NCBI GenBank assembly: GCA_038213805.1
Contig: JBBQSO010000061.1
Span: 1-33,085, forward strand
DNA length: 33,085 bases
Origin: Planctomycetota bacterium
GTDB taxonomy: Bacteria > Planctomycetota > UBA11346
Direction: 5' to 3'
Part shown: positions 17,601 to 25,248 of the stretch, in pieces
Numbering within the stretch: position 1 is the first letter of the stretch
Layout of the letters: every line of letters begins with the position of its first letter
Program-made: the position numbers and the translations under genes
The notes under the pieces: generated by a model
What the model was told of the DNA's origin: nothing
Databases searched by the model: none
What the model saw: the letters and a program-made list of their open reading frames with translations, nothing else

Positions 17601-18795
17601 CGATGATTTGCGCTTCTGTCGCTCCACCGCGGTGGCGGTGCGCGTCGAGGTGAGCGCACCCGGTTACCGCAGCGAGGTGCTGGTGGTGCCGGCCAACACC
17701 AGCGCCAACGAGATCAGCTACCCGCTCGCCCTGCATCCCGGCATCGCCTGGCAGCATCCGCTGCCCGGCAGCCCCGTGTGGCAGCGCCTGGAGCTCCTGC
17801 CTGACGGCTCGTTGCTGGCCTGCGGTGCCGCGGCCCTGGTACACCTGCGCGCGGAAGATGGCAGCACCCTCGCGACCCTGGCGCGCGAGCAGCTGCCGGT
17901 CCCGATCCCGCCCGGTCTCGAAGGCCACTGGACCGACTGGTTCGACATCGGCGCCGGTCACGCCATCGCCGGCACCACCGATGGCGTGGCGGTGCGTCTG
18001 GACGTGCCCGATCTGAGCGATGGCGTGATCGTCCACCGCGGTCGCAATCCGGTGCTGGCCTATCGCGAGCGCGAGCTGGTCCTGCAGCCCGGCCGCGTCG
18101 TCTCCTACCTCATCGAATCCACGCCCCAGGGACCGTCGCTGCATGTGCGTACCGCCGACAAGGACCTGTGGACCAGGCCTGGTCTCAAGGGTTTCCGTGC
18201 GCCGACCCTGTGGTTCCGCGACGGCGCGGTCGCGCTGCTCGACGACCAGACGCTGACCGTGCTTGACGAGCTCACCGGCCAGGTCGCGGCCACGTTGGCG
18301 GTGGGCGGACCGCTGAGCGCGGCGCCGGTGCTGCTCGGCGAGGGCGCCGCCGTGCTGGTTCCGACTGCGGGCGGGGTGCAGCTGCTGGTGCTGCCGACCG
18401 CTGCGGGCATGCCGATCGCCAGTCTGACCGACCCGGCCCTTACCAACAGCGCTGGTGCGACCCTTGCCGCCCAGGGCGACCAGGTGCTGATCGCGCGCGC
18501 CGACCGCAGTGTGCACCTGCTGCATTGGACTGGCGACCATTTCGAGCAGGCGTGGGCGGGAACCCTGCCTGACGGCCTCGGCGCGCGCGTCGTCATGCGC
18601 CTCGGTGCCGAACGGGCCGTGATCGCAGACGAGGCGGGTGAGGTGGTGCTGATGGCGCGCGGCGACGGCAGCGTGCAGCGCCGCATCGCCCACGGCAGCA
18701 CCCCGCTCTGCGCCCCGCTGGTCGCCGGCGGCATGCTGGTGATCGCGGATCGCGATGGGCGGTTGACAGCGTATGCGCTGCCGCAGGGGAAATGA
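14650..18795 (+). CDS. large membrane Ser/Thr kinase: two N-terminal zinc ribbons, kinase, TPR-like, TM, extracytoplasmic PQQ-like beta-propeller
   Basis: CPRC..CAQC and CPVC..CPQC; GEGGMG, HRDIKPDN, DFG, GTPAFMSPEQ; TM WLVAGLVVALAGVGTW; C-terminal propeller-type repeats ending IADRDGRLTAY; ATGA overlap with the upstream kinase. Confidence 0.9.
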   Translation: MNVLVCPRCQQAQPGPAPVASAWLACAQCGHRWLPVFPTATGSPDAPPPAPRTAASAPLRAVPAPPRPVAAEQPLPVAATRPEIPEPPAKPLTVALPAEGGRAVGRHLGSDEYRPDETSELKRRTKALTERREGTPPSYSPGRLQAQPGAARPAPAPVSSSGASAEPVDADLFERMEQQAVQARSVQDTVAQASRAAPMLASSPALPPPPATPLAPQSTAVPIVPPAAGPVVARQVACPVCGHRWQSTRGDGEQQGCPQCLVTFNIARGQVVAGAPRIAGHSDPLLGRALRGCLIDRKLGEGGMGAVYHARQLSLDRSVAVKVLPPELARNKNFIQRFEREAKSLARINHANILHIYDFGEDQALGIYFMIIEYVEGRDLGEILHEQYTLGQIEVLDIVRQASLGLEQAAEKGVIHRDIKPDNLMLTADGLCKVSDFGLAKGYGAEKDVTSIGVRVGTPAFMSPEQCDGVDVDFRSDIYNLGCTAFLALTGHLPFDADTPFAIMLKHKNDPVPSPLLHNPNLHPRVASLVMRMLAKRPADRFATLKELIDLVEELEVSLAGTTAILRKVRGPYRPMGEAPDLAHARLTSQGARGPASPPPLRRPPTPVPPAPVVARPAPPPVTLGSPEDVPDWLKPVAVAATRTPLPSAPPVENASAAASGPSGFRDLRAKLAEARSRTLAEEAGAVAEQAGRLLEQGDHEAAAQAYERAATIAPAGPESKRLEQLATNVRRRSGRRRALRRWLVAGLVVALAGVGTWGLTPQIHEQLAASELEPIQAVANTTARVRQLEQFAADYGKPWEWYVTVFQRGYVVPSAERALREAAALHRALQPPPVHAPTPTPPPAEDPDLTALRRAAQDDAVPWREIAERAKALVGRPVLAERAAVQALLDQANREVLAMGEDFKPIEAAWVAGHQGEAADLAIAFRAKHPRAGVSTPTLVPGRLVVTDADTGALPAGVQVATQAQAVRGQVTGMFTSPGRLLGDDLRFCRSTAVAVRVEVSAPGYRSEVLVVPANTSANEISYPLALHPGIAWQHPLPGSPVWQRLELLPDGSLLACGAAALVHLRAEDGSTLATLAREQLPVPIPPGLEGHWTDWFDIGAGHAIAGTTDGVAVRLDVPDLSDGVIVHRGRNPVLAYRERELVLQPGRVVSYLIESTPQGPSLHVRTADKDLWTRPGLKGFRAPTLWFRDGAVALLDDQTLTVLDELTGQVAATLAVGGPLSAAPVLLGEGAAVLVPTAGGVQLLVLPTAAGMPIASLTDPALTNSAGATLAAQGDQVLIARADRSVHLLHWTGDHFEQAWAGTLPDGLGARVVMRLGAERAVIADEAGEVVLMARGDGSVQRRIAHGSTPLCAPLVAGGMLVIADRDGRLTAYALPQGK

Positions 18796-18969
18796 CCGGA
18801 GCGACGCGTGGTTTTCCTCACGTCGCGCTGCACATGTCGTAGCTTCTGGGCTTAAGCGAGGCGTGAAACGCGAGAAGATCAGGTATCGCCCGCATGCAGG
18901 GGCGCTTTTACCGATGCCTTCTGATCAGCGCGAAAGCCAGGTGCCGATTGGTTCGCAATCCGCAGTCTG

Positions 18970-19593
18970 CTACGCATCCATCAGCGCCACGAAGCGCGCG
19001 AACTTCGTCAACGGCTGTGGCGTCACCGGGATACCGAGATCGGCGAACTGCGCACTCCAGCGCGCCACGCTGGCCGGGGGATCAGGCGTCTCGATCTCCA
19101 GTTCGTGATCGCAGCGACCGGCGATGAAGGTGGTGCGATCGAGGCAGAGCAGTTCGCCGGCGGAGCTGCGGAACTCCTGACGCGCGTTGGCGAAGCCGCC
19201 ATAGGCGAGCAGTGGCGCGCCGGCAAGGGCCGTGGCGACTGGTTCGGGCAGGTCGAACGAGGCCGCCACGGCGGGATCGAGCGTCGCGCCACCCACGGGC
19301 AGGCGCGCCCACAGCGCGGGGTCGAGCCAGCGTTCCCACTCGTCATGGCGGTGGAGCTGTGCGTCGCCGCCGCTGGCGCGGCGCTTGCAGGTCAGCTGCA
19401 GCTGGTCGTTCTCGCGCCGCAGGCGCAGGTTCATCCGGGCGCGGCGCAGGCGCAGGTCCGCGCTGTCGAAGAAGCGGTTTTCCTGGACCAGCAGCCGCGC
19501 GGCTCCGAGCAGCGCAGGCAAGGCCTTCGCGAGGCGGGCATGGCCGTCGGCGGTCAGCGCCCATTTCAGCTCGACCTCGAGGTGGTGGTCCAT
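18970..19593 (-). CDS. CYTH-domain (triphosphate tunnel metalloenzyme) protein
   Basis: N-terminal EVELK (ExExK), Q.N.FFD, LRLRRE, LDRT, ELEIE, C-terminal TKFARF. Confidence 0.88.
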   Translation of the reverse strand: MDHHLEVELKWALTADGHARLAKALPALLGAARLLVQENRFFDSADLRLRRARMNLRLRRENDQLQLTCKRRASGGDAQLHRHDEWERWLDPALWARLPVGGATLDPAVAASFDLPEPVATALAGAPLLAYGGFANARQEFRSSAGELLCLDRTTFIAGRCDHELEIETPDPPASVARWSAQFADLGIPVTPQPLTKFARFVALMDA

Positions 19594-19636
19594 GCATGGG
19601 CAGGGTAGCGGCCTGTGCGCAAAGGGCGATGGGGAG

Positions 19637-19778
19637 GGCTGGCAGCTGACGGCTCGTGGTCGCACCTCATCGTACGGTCATCAGGGTGGGTCCCTGTCCC
19701 GGGCGCGCAGTTCACATCCGGATTTGGGCTCCACCTGCACGCATCGCGCTACGAGGCATCCGCCGTCAGCCGTCCGCC
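19637..19778. repeat. degenerate inverted heptamer pair (GGCTGRC .. GCCGTCA) in the CYTH/accA divergent gap
   Basis: 19637-19653 GGCTGGCAGCTGACGGC is identical to 25080-25096; GCCGTCAGC (19762-19770) is the reverse complement of 19645-19653. Confidence 0.7.
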
Positions 19779-19859
19779 CCGGCGGGCTCCGCCCGCCGGG
19801 AGACTTCCCTTCCCGGCTGCGCCCCTATGCTCCCAGCTTACCCATCGGCCGGAGCCTCC

Positions 19860-20831
19860 GTGAGCAATCCCTTCGATTTCCTCGAGCCCCTCATCGACCT
19901 CGAGGCCAAGATCGTCGAACTCGAGCAGCTCGGCGAGAGCACCGGCCTGAACATGTCGGGCGAACTGGCCTCGCTGCGCGAGAAGCTGATGCGCGAGACG
20001 CGCCGCGTGTTCGCCGGACTGACGCCCTGGCAGCGCGTGCAGCTCTCGCGCCATCCCCTGCGTCCGCAGTCCTCGGACTACATCGACCACATGGTCGACG
20101 GCTTCGTGCCGCTCGCCGGCGACCGCATGTTCGGCGACGACGAGGCGATCATCTGCGGCATGGGCGAAGTCGGCGGCCACCGCTGCATGATCATCGGCCA
20201 GCAGAAGGGCAAGGACGTCCACGAGCGCCGGCGCTGCAACTTCGGCATGCCGCATCCGGAAGGCTACCGCAAGGCGATGCAGAAGATGCGCATCGCCGAG
20301 AAGTTCGGCCTGGCGGTGATCTGCCTGATCAACACCCCCGGCGCCTTCCCCGGCGTCGATGCCGAGGAGCGTGGCCAATCGATCGCCATTGCCGAGAACA
20401 TCCGCGACATGGCCCTGCTGCGCACCCCGGTGATCGTGGTGGTGATCGGCGAGGGCGGCTCGGGCGGTGCGCTCGGTATCGGCGTGGGCGATCGCATGCT
20501 GATGCTCGAGAACAGCTATTTCTCGGTGATCTCGCCCGAGGGCTGCGCCGCCATCCTGTGGAAGGACGGTGCCAAGAAGGACATCGCCGCGGAGCGCCTC
20601 GCGCTCACTGGTGCGCACCTCAAGCGCTTCGGCATCGTCGATGAGATCATCGAGGAGCCCGCCGGTGGCGCGCACCGCCAGCCGGTCGCGATGGCGCACG
20701 CCCTGCGCGACGCCATCGTCCGCAACCTCGACGCGCTGCGCTTGCAGCCGGTCGATGCCATGCTTGAGGGCCGTTACCGCAAGTACCGCGCCATCGGGGT
20801 GGTGATGGAAGAGTCCGTCGCGGGCATCTGA
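19860..20831 (+). CDS. accA: acetyl-CoA carboxylase carboxyltransferase alpha subunit
   Basis: LTPWQRVQLSRHP.RP, GDR.FGDD.A, NFGMPHPEGYRKA, GEGGSGGALG, SVISPEGCAAILW; GTG start at 19860. Confidence 0.97.
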   Translation: MSNPFDFLEPLIDLEAKIVELEQLGESTGLNMSGELASLREKLMRETRRVFAGLTPWQRVQLSRHPLRPQSSDYIDHMVDGFVPLAGDRMFGDDEAIICGMGEVGGHRCMIIGQQKGKDVHERRRCNFGMPHPEGYRKAMQKMRIAEKFGLAVICLINTPGAFPGVDAEERGQSIAIAENIRDMALLRTPVIVVVIGEGGSGGALGIGVGDRMLMLENSYFSVISPEGCAAILWKDGAKKDIAAERLALTGAHLKRFGIVDEIIEEPAGGAHRQPVAMAHALRDAIVRNLDALRLQPVDAMLEGRYRKYRAIGVVMEESVAGI

Positions 20832-20832
20832 C

Positions 20833-21144
20833 GTGTTCAAGCTGGTCATGGTGGTGCGTCCGCAACGTGCCGAGGTGCTCTGCCAGCGCCTCGCCGCGAG
20901 CGGCTGGGTCGATGAACTGATCGCCGCCGAATGCCGTGGCTACGGTCGGCAGAAGGGTCATCTCGACGAGTACAAAGGCGCCGAGTACAGCATCGATTTC
21001 CTGCCCAAGGTGGTGGTTTCGGGCATCATCCCCGACGAGCGCGCGGATGAACTGGTGAACCTGGTATGCTCGACCTGTCGCACCGGCCGCATCGGCGACG
21101 GCAAGATATTCCTCCAGCGCATCTCGCAGGAACTCGTGTATTGA
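20833..21144 (+). CDS. glnB: PII-family nitrogen regulatory protein, C-terminally short
   Basis: GYGRQKG T-loop, Y.GAEY (Tyr51 equivalent), DFLPKV, TGRIGDGKIF B-loop; 103 aa. The glnB versus glnK assignment is uncertain. Confidence 0.9.
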   Translation: MFKLVMVVRPQRAEVLCQRLAASGWVDELIAAECRGYGRQKGHLDEYKGAEYSIDFLPKVVVSGIIPDERADELVNLVCSTCRTGRIGDGKIFLQRISQELVY

Positions 21145-21221
21145 TCAGCAGTTCCATGCATGCCCAAGGATTTGGCATGGATCTGCAGGTGGTTGCTCAG
21201 CAGCTCACAAGGTCCGGCTCC

Positions 21222-21251
21222 TTGACGCGGGTCGCCGCTGGTCATGATAAT
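21222..21251 (+). promoter_or_regulatory. candidate sigma70 promoter
   Basis: TTGACG (21222-21227), 18 bp spacer, GATAAT (21246-21251); GAGGTG RBS at 21281 before ATG 21293. Confidence 0.45.
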
Positions 21252-21292
21252 ATGCTGAATGCGCGGAAAATCCCGTGCATGAGGTGAATCCC

Positions 21293-21574
21293 ATGCGTGG
21301 TTTCTCTTCTACGCTGCTGGTTTCCGGCCTGGTGCTGTGCCTCGGTCTCGCTTCGGCGGCTGAGAGCGGCAAGCCCATCAACACCATCTGCCCGGTCACG
21401 GGCAAGGCGATCGATCCCGCGATCCCGCCGGTGGTGGTGACCATCGGCAAGGGTGAGCGTTCGCGGAAGATCCTGATCGGCGTGGCCGACGCCGCCGCCG
21501 CGCAGAAGGTCAAGGCGCGTCCCGATCTGTATGCGGACGCCGCCAAGGCGAATCACCAGGCCGACGCGCGCTGA
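21293..21574 (+). CDS. small secreted YHS/TRASH-like protein (degenerate Cys motif)
   Basis: Signal peptide ending ASA-AE; INTICPVTG..ID; C-terminal P..YA; GAGGTG RBS. Confidence 0.7.
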   Translation: MRGFSSTLLVSGLVLCLGLASAAESGKPINTICPVTGKAIDPAIPPVVVTIGKGERSRKILIGVADAAAAQKVKARPDLYADAAKANHQADAR

Positions 21575-21846
21575 TCGAGTGTTTCCCGGGACTCTCTGAA
21601 GAGCGGCCCTGCGGGCCACGGTCCCGGGTGAAACGCATTCCTTGGCCTTGGAGTGGTCGTGGACCGGTTTCGTTCCCTAGCGGAAGCGCTCGGTGGAAAC
21701 GGACATGTTCACCTGCGGGCATCGCTTGCCCGGGACAGCGGCCCGCTGGGCCGCATCGCGTAGGGCCTTCTGAGACCCTGCTCCGGTTGAGACTTTTTCC
21801 ATTCCGGAACGTGCGCGCCGCCTACGGTGCGAGCAAGGAAAACCCC

Positions 21847-22128
21847 ATGCGCACCGTCGCCCTCCTGTTGCTCCTCGTCGCCACCGCGTGCGGATCGGCC
21901 ACCTTTGCCGCCGAGGGCACGGCCGAAAAGCCGAAGGCCGCCCACAACTCGGTCTGCCCGGTGAGCGGTGATACGGTCGACGCCGACACCAAGCCGGTGG
22001 TGGTCAAACTGAAGGACGGAACTTTCGTCGCGATCGGTCTGTGCTGCACCGACTGCAAGAAGGAGCTGAATGCCGACCCGGACCGTTTCGCAGCGGCGGC
22101 CCTCGCCAACAAGAAGGCAGCGAAATAA
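21847..22128 (+). CDS. small secreted YHS/TRASH-like protein with CPV..CCxxC
   Basis: AAGGA RBS; signal peptide; NSVCPVSG..VD..GLCCTDC...DPDRF. Confidence 0.78.
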   Translation: MRTVALLLLLVATACGSATFAAEGTAEKPKAAHNSVCPVSGDTVDADTKPVVVKLKDGTFVAIGLCCTDCKKELNADPDRFAAAALANKKAAK

Positions 22129-22216
22129 TCCGCCGCCGCGTAGTGAGCACCACGCGGCACGATCCTGACCGTCTGATGGCCACCGCCTGAGGGCAGCATT
22201 CAGGAAGGGCTGATCG

Positions 22217-22252
22217 GTAACCTGCGCACGCCCGTGGGCGCGCGCAGGTTGC
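22217..22252. terminator. GC-rich hairpin between convergent genes
   Basis: GTAACCTGCGCACGCCC-GT-GGGCGCGCGCAGGTTGC, 17-bp arms with 2 differences; no clear U-tract. Confidence 0.55.
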
Positions 22253-22258
22253 CTGCGC

Positions 22259-22594
22259 TTATTTCACCTCGCCTGCTTTCTCGGCCTCCTTGCCCGGCTT
22301 GCGCAGCGGCTTGCCGTCCTCGGAATAGGTGATCTGGTGCTTCTTGCCGTCTTCGACGTAGCTGAGGCGGTAGACGGTCTTGTCGCCGTGCGTGAGCTTC
22401 CTGGCGCTTTTGAGCACGTCGAGGCGATGGTCCTGGCTGAAGCCGACAGTCACGGCTTTTGGAAGCTGCTCAATACCGATCGACTCGCCTTTGGCGGCGT
22501 TCTTCGCCGCGTCATCCTTGCCGGCCTCTTCAGCCCAGGCGAGCGGGGTGCCGAGAGCGGCGGTAAGGAGGAGGGCGGTGATGATGGAACGCAT
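22259..22594 (-). CDS. small secreted PepSY-like protein
   Basis: Signal peptide (AWA-EE); LPKAV..F, VYRLSY..DGKK..ITYSEDGK pattern of PepSY/BLIP-like folds; AAGGA RBS. Confidence 0.7.
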   Translation of the reverse strand: MRSIITALLLTAALGTPLAWAEEAGKDDAAKNAAKGESIGIEQLPKAVTVGFSQDHRLDVLKSARKLTHGDKTVYRLSYVEDGKKHQITYSEDGKPLRKPGKEAEKAGEVK

Positions 22595-22778
22595 GGCGGA
22601 TTCCTTTCCCTGTGGGTGGGTGTGTGGCAGGGTCCGTTATAACCCATGTCAGGTCGCGGCAAGGTTGGCAGATCCCGGCGTCCTGTGTCAGCGCTGAAGC
22701 GTTGCCGACCGCGCCACTGCGCTTTCATATTGCGTCGAGGGCTCGCCGCCGACCATCCCGGACCCACGGATCCACGCC

Positions 22779-23450
22779 ATGCACCTGTTTCCACCGCCTT
22801 CCCACCTGCTGCGCGCGTGGCGTGCGCCCGCTCTCACCGCCATTGTGCTGGCCCTCGCGGCACTCGCTGCGCCCGCAGAGGAGTTGCCACCCGCGCTGCG
22901 CCTGGCCTCCGCGCTGATCATCGAGCGCGCGCACGAGGCGCAGATGGCCGGACGGCCCGGCGTGGCGAGCACGCTGCGCGAGCTCGCTGAGGCGGTCGCT
23001 GCCCGCCAGGTCGGGCTCGGCGAGGCCGCGCTGCTGGTTGAGATCGCCGGCGGTGCGCCGGCCGCGCCGCTGGTCGCCAGCGGCAGCGCGCGGCGCGCGG
23101 CAGTGGAGCCCAAGCTCAGTCAGGCGCAGGCCGTCGACATCGTCGAGGGTGCTGGGCTTGCCGCGGTCGCACCTCCGGCTGCGCCGTTGCTGACCGGTGC
23201 GGTGCTGGTGGTCGCGCGCGGCAAGGACGGCAAGAGTCAGCTCGTCGCCATCGGCCTGGGCAAGGACAAGGGCGTGAATCCGGGCCAGCGCTTCCTGGTG
23301 CGCCGCGAGGGCAAGCGCCTCGCCGAGTTGGTGATCGGCGATGTCAGCGATGCGACCATGTCGACCGGCTACATCGTGCCCGGCACCGAGGCCGAACAGA
23401 ATGTGGAGATCCTCAAGGGTGATGAGGTGGTTTTTCCGGTACCGCCGTGA
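22779..23450 (+). CDS. hypothetical secreted protein with C-terminal beta-barrel (FlgT-C-like)
   Basis: Signal-like ALTAIVLALAALAA; C-terminal VAIGLGKDKGV.PGQRF.V.R..GDEV pattern; GC3-rich codon use. Confidence 0.65.
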   Translation: MHLFPPPSHLLRAWRAPALTAIVLALAALAAPAEELPPALRLASALIIERAHEAQMAGRPGVASTLRELAEAVAARQVGLGEAALLVEIAGGAPAAPLVASGSARRAAVEPKLSQAQAVDIVEGAGLAAVAPPAAPLLTGAVLVVARGKDGKSQLVAIGLGKDKGVNPGQRFLVRREGKRLAELVIGDVSDATMSTGYIVPGTEAEQNVEILKGDEVVFPVPP

Positions 23451-23532
23451 TGCCTGGTGCCGACAACAACGGATGACTGACGTCTTGCAGCAGGCGACGC
23501 TGGCGGATGTGCAGCGATCCGGCTGGTCCCCG

Positions 23533-23609
23533 ACGCGCAGCGTGTTGGTTTCTGACTGTCGCCGTCCGCCGCCGGCCATCTGCTGTCAACCATCTGCTGT
23601 CAACCATCG
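23533..23609. repeat. GCA-triloop mini-hairpin followed by a degenerate heptamer tract
   Basis: ACGC-GCA-GCGT at 23533-23543; GCCGTCC GCCGCCG GCCATCT GCTGTCA ACCATCT GCTGTCA ACCATCG at 23561-23609. Confidence 0.7.
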
Positions 23610-23613
23610 AACC

Positions 23614-23970
23614 TCAGCTCGGCTCCGCCTGAAACGACCCCATGACGCGATTGTGCACGCTGTACGTCACATGGATCGGGCTGCAGCACACCGTGCAGTC
23701 CTGCACATCGTCCTGGTCACCGGCGCTGAGGTCGATGGCGATCTCGACCGGCTCGCCGCAGTACGGGCAGGGGATGCGCTGCGTGGCCTGGAGGTCGGCG
23801 TGGTCGTCCGCCGCGGCCCCGTCCGCGGCGTCAGCGGACTCGCCGTCGACCAGCCCGGGATTCTCCTCGTAAAGCGTGGCGATGAGTTCAGTCAGCGCTG
23901 CGCGCACCGCGCCGGTGACGCGGAAGCCCTTCTTCCGCAGCAGCGATTTCAGGCGTCTCTTGATCAGCAT
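23614..23970 (-). CDS. CPXCG-motif cysteine-rich zinc ribbon protein with basic helical N-terminal extension
   Basis: CPYCGE..D..QDCTVCCSP matches the CPXCG family. An in-frame stop 9 codons upstream of ATG 23970 rules out a longer N-terminus. Confidence 0.8.
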   Translation of the reverse strand: MLIKRRLKSLLRKKGFRVTGAVRAALTELIATLYEENPGLVDGESADAADGAAADDHADLQATQRIPCPYCGEPVEIAIDLSAGDQDDVQDCTVCCSPIHVTYSVHNRVMGSFQAEPS

Positions 23971-24394
23971 GCGGGCCCCGCGCGGTGGGATCGGTCACGG
24001 CGCCGGCGGCGCGGCGCTCGTCCTTAGTGATGATGCGCGCCCGGAGGCTGCGGCAACCGCGGTTCCGCGCGGCCTGCGGCAGCGCCTTGCCCGTGTCTGT
24101 GCAGCGACCTTGCATCGCTGCCTTGCGACGCTCCAATCTCGGGGCCAGTGCCGTTCGCGGCCACCAAGCCACCCGAGTCGAGGGCGTTGACCATGTGGGA
24201 TCTGAGCGATCACCAGCGCTCCGTGATCAGGGGGCCACGGGCCGCTTCGCCGCTGCTCGCTTCAACCATGGTCAGTCACCTGCTGATCGGTTGGACACAG
24301 CGCAAGGCCTCCGTCGAGCGCGCGCAGCAGCCGTTCGCAGCGCACCCTGCGCCTGCGCCCGCCACGGCATGAGTCGCGTCCCCGCCGCGCTTCT

Positions 24395-25057
24395 ATGAGC
24401 GGATACGACCCCGAGGCCCAGGACGAGGAGCGCCCGCTTGCGGTGCTTGCCGGCCAGGTGCTGCGCCTGACGCGCGCCACCTATGCCGACCGTCAGCGGC
24501 GCATGGGGCTGTTCCAGCGCATCGCGCAGCGACTGCGGCCACCGGCGTGGATGCGCGCTGCGCCCGACGACCAGCTGCGCCTCGTCTACCAGGACCAATG
24601 GCCGCTGCGCAAGCGCGGCCGCGTGCACTGGGGCCACATCATCCAGGCCAACACCATGCTCTTCGCGCCCGGGCCGCACGACCACCCTGCGGCCGTGCTG
24701 TGGAGCCCGGACGAGTGGTACGACGACCACCTCGACGAGCTCGCGCGCATAGCGTCTTCGCTCTATTCGCTCAAGGGCGAGCAGACCGGCGACGCCGAGC
24801 TTCAACGCTTCGCCGATCTGCTCGCCGACGAGCGCACACGCAAGATGCGCCTGGCCATCCCGCGCGCCCTCACCGGCGGCCGCGCGGTGTTCTACACCAC
24901 CGTGATGGTGCATCGCCGCGAGCTACCGGTGCCCTGGCTCAAGACGCCGTTCTTTCCGCTGCTCACCCCGCACGCCGACGGTGTCGCGACCATGCTGATG
25001 CCGGCGCGCGACTGGCCCGACGCGTTGCGGCGGCTGTGGGTGGCGGTTGGGGATTGA
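24395..25057 (+). CDS. hypothetical protein
   Basis: 220-aa ORF with GC3-rich codons and globular composition (QANTMLFAPG..DHPA); no family recognised. Confidence 0.7.
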   Translation: MSGYDPEAQDEERPLAVLAGQVLRLTRATYADRQRRMGLFQRIAQRLRPPAWMRAAPDDQLRLVYQDQWPLRKRGRVHWGHIIQANTMLFAPGPHDHPAAVLWSPDEWYDDHLDELARIASSLYSLKGEQTGDAELQRFADLLADERTRKMRLAIPRALTGGRAVFYTTVMVHRRELPVPWLKTPFFPLLTPHADGVATMLMPARDWPDALRRLWVAVGD

Positions 25058-25065
25058 ATGGGGCC

Positions 25066-25243
25066 GGCTGACGGCTGACGGCTGGCAGCTGACGGCGTGT
25101 GAAACGTGCCCAAGGCCGCTGGTCGAACCGGAGCTCTATCCAACGCACGAAAATGACGAACCGGCGCGCAGCGCCGGTTCGTCAGCCATCAGCCATCAGC
25201 CATCAGCCATCAGCCATCAGCCATCAGCCATCAGCCATCAGCC
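25066..25243. repeat. inverted heptamer pair (RGCTGRC)x4.4 .. hairpin .. (TCAGCCA)x8.9
   Basis: Left arm 25066-25096; perfect 14-bp hairpin TGACGAACCGGCGC-GCA-GCGCCGGTTCGTCA at 25154-25184; perfect array 25182-25243. Confidence 0.93.
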
Positions 25244-25248
25244 GTTCT

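Noticed and set aside
15256..18693. 1145-aa minus-strand ORF
   Set aside because: Fully antisense to the kinase gene, with no recognisable motifs; a typical high-GC shadow frame.
18796..18969. Lower-GC gap between convergent kinase and CYTH genes as a possible ncRNA
   Set aside because: Only a weak GCGACG..CGTCGC stem is present; no tRNA, riboswitch or other known RNA signature was recognised.
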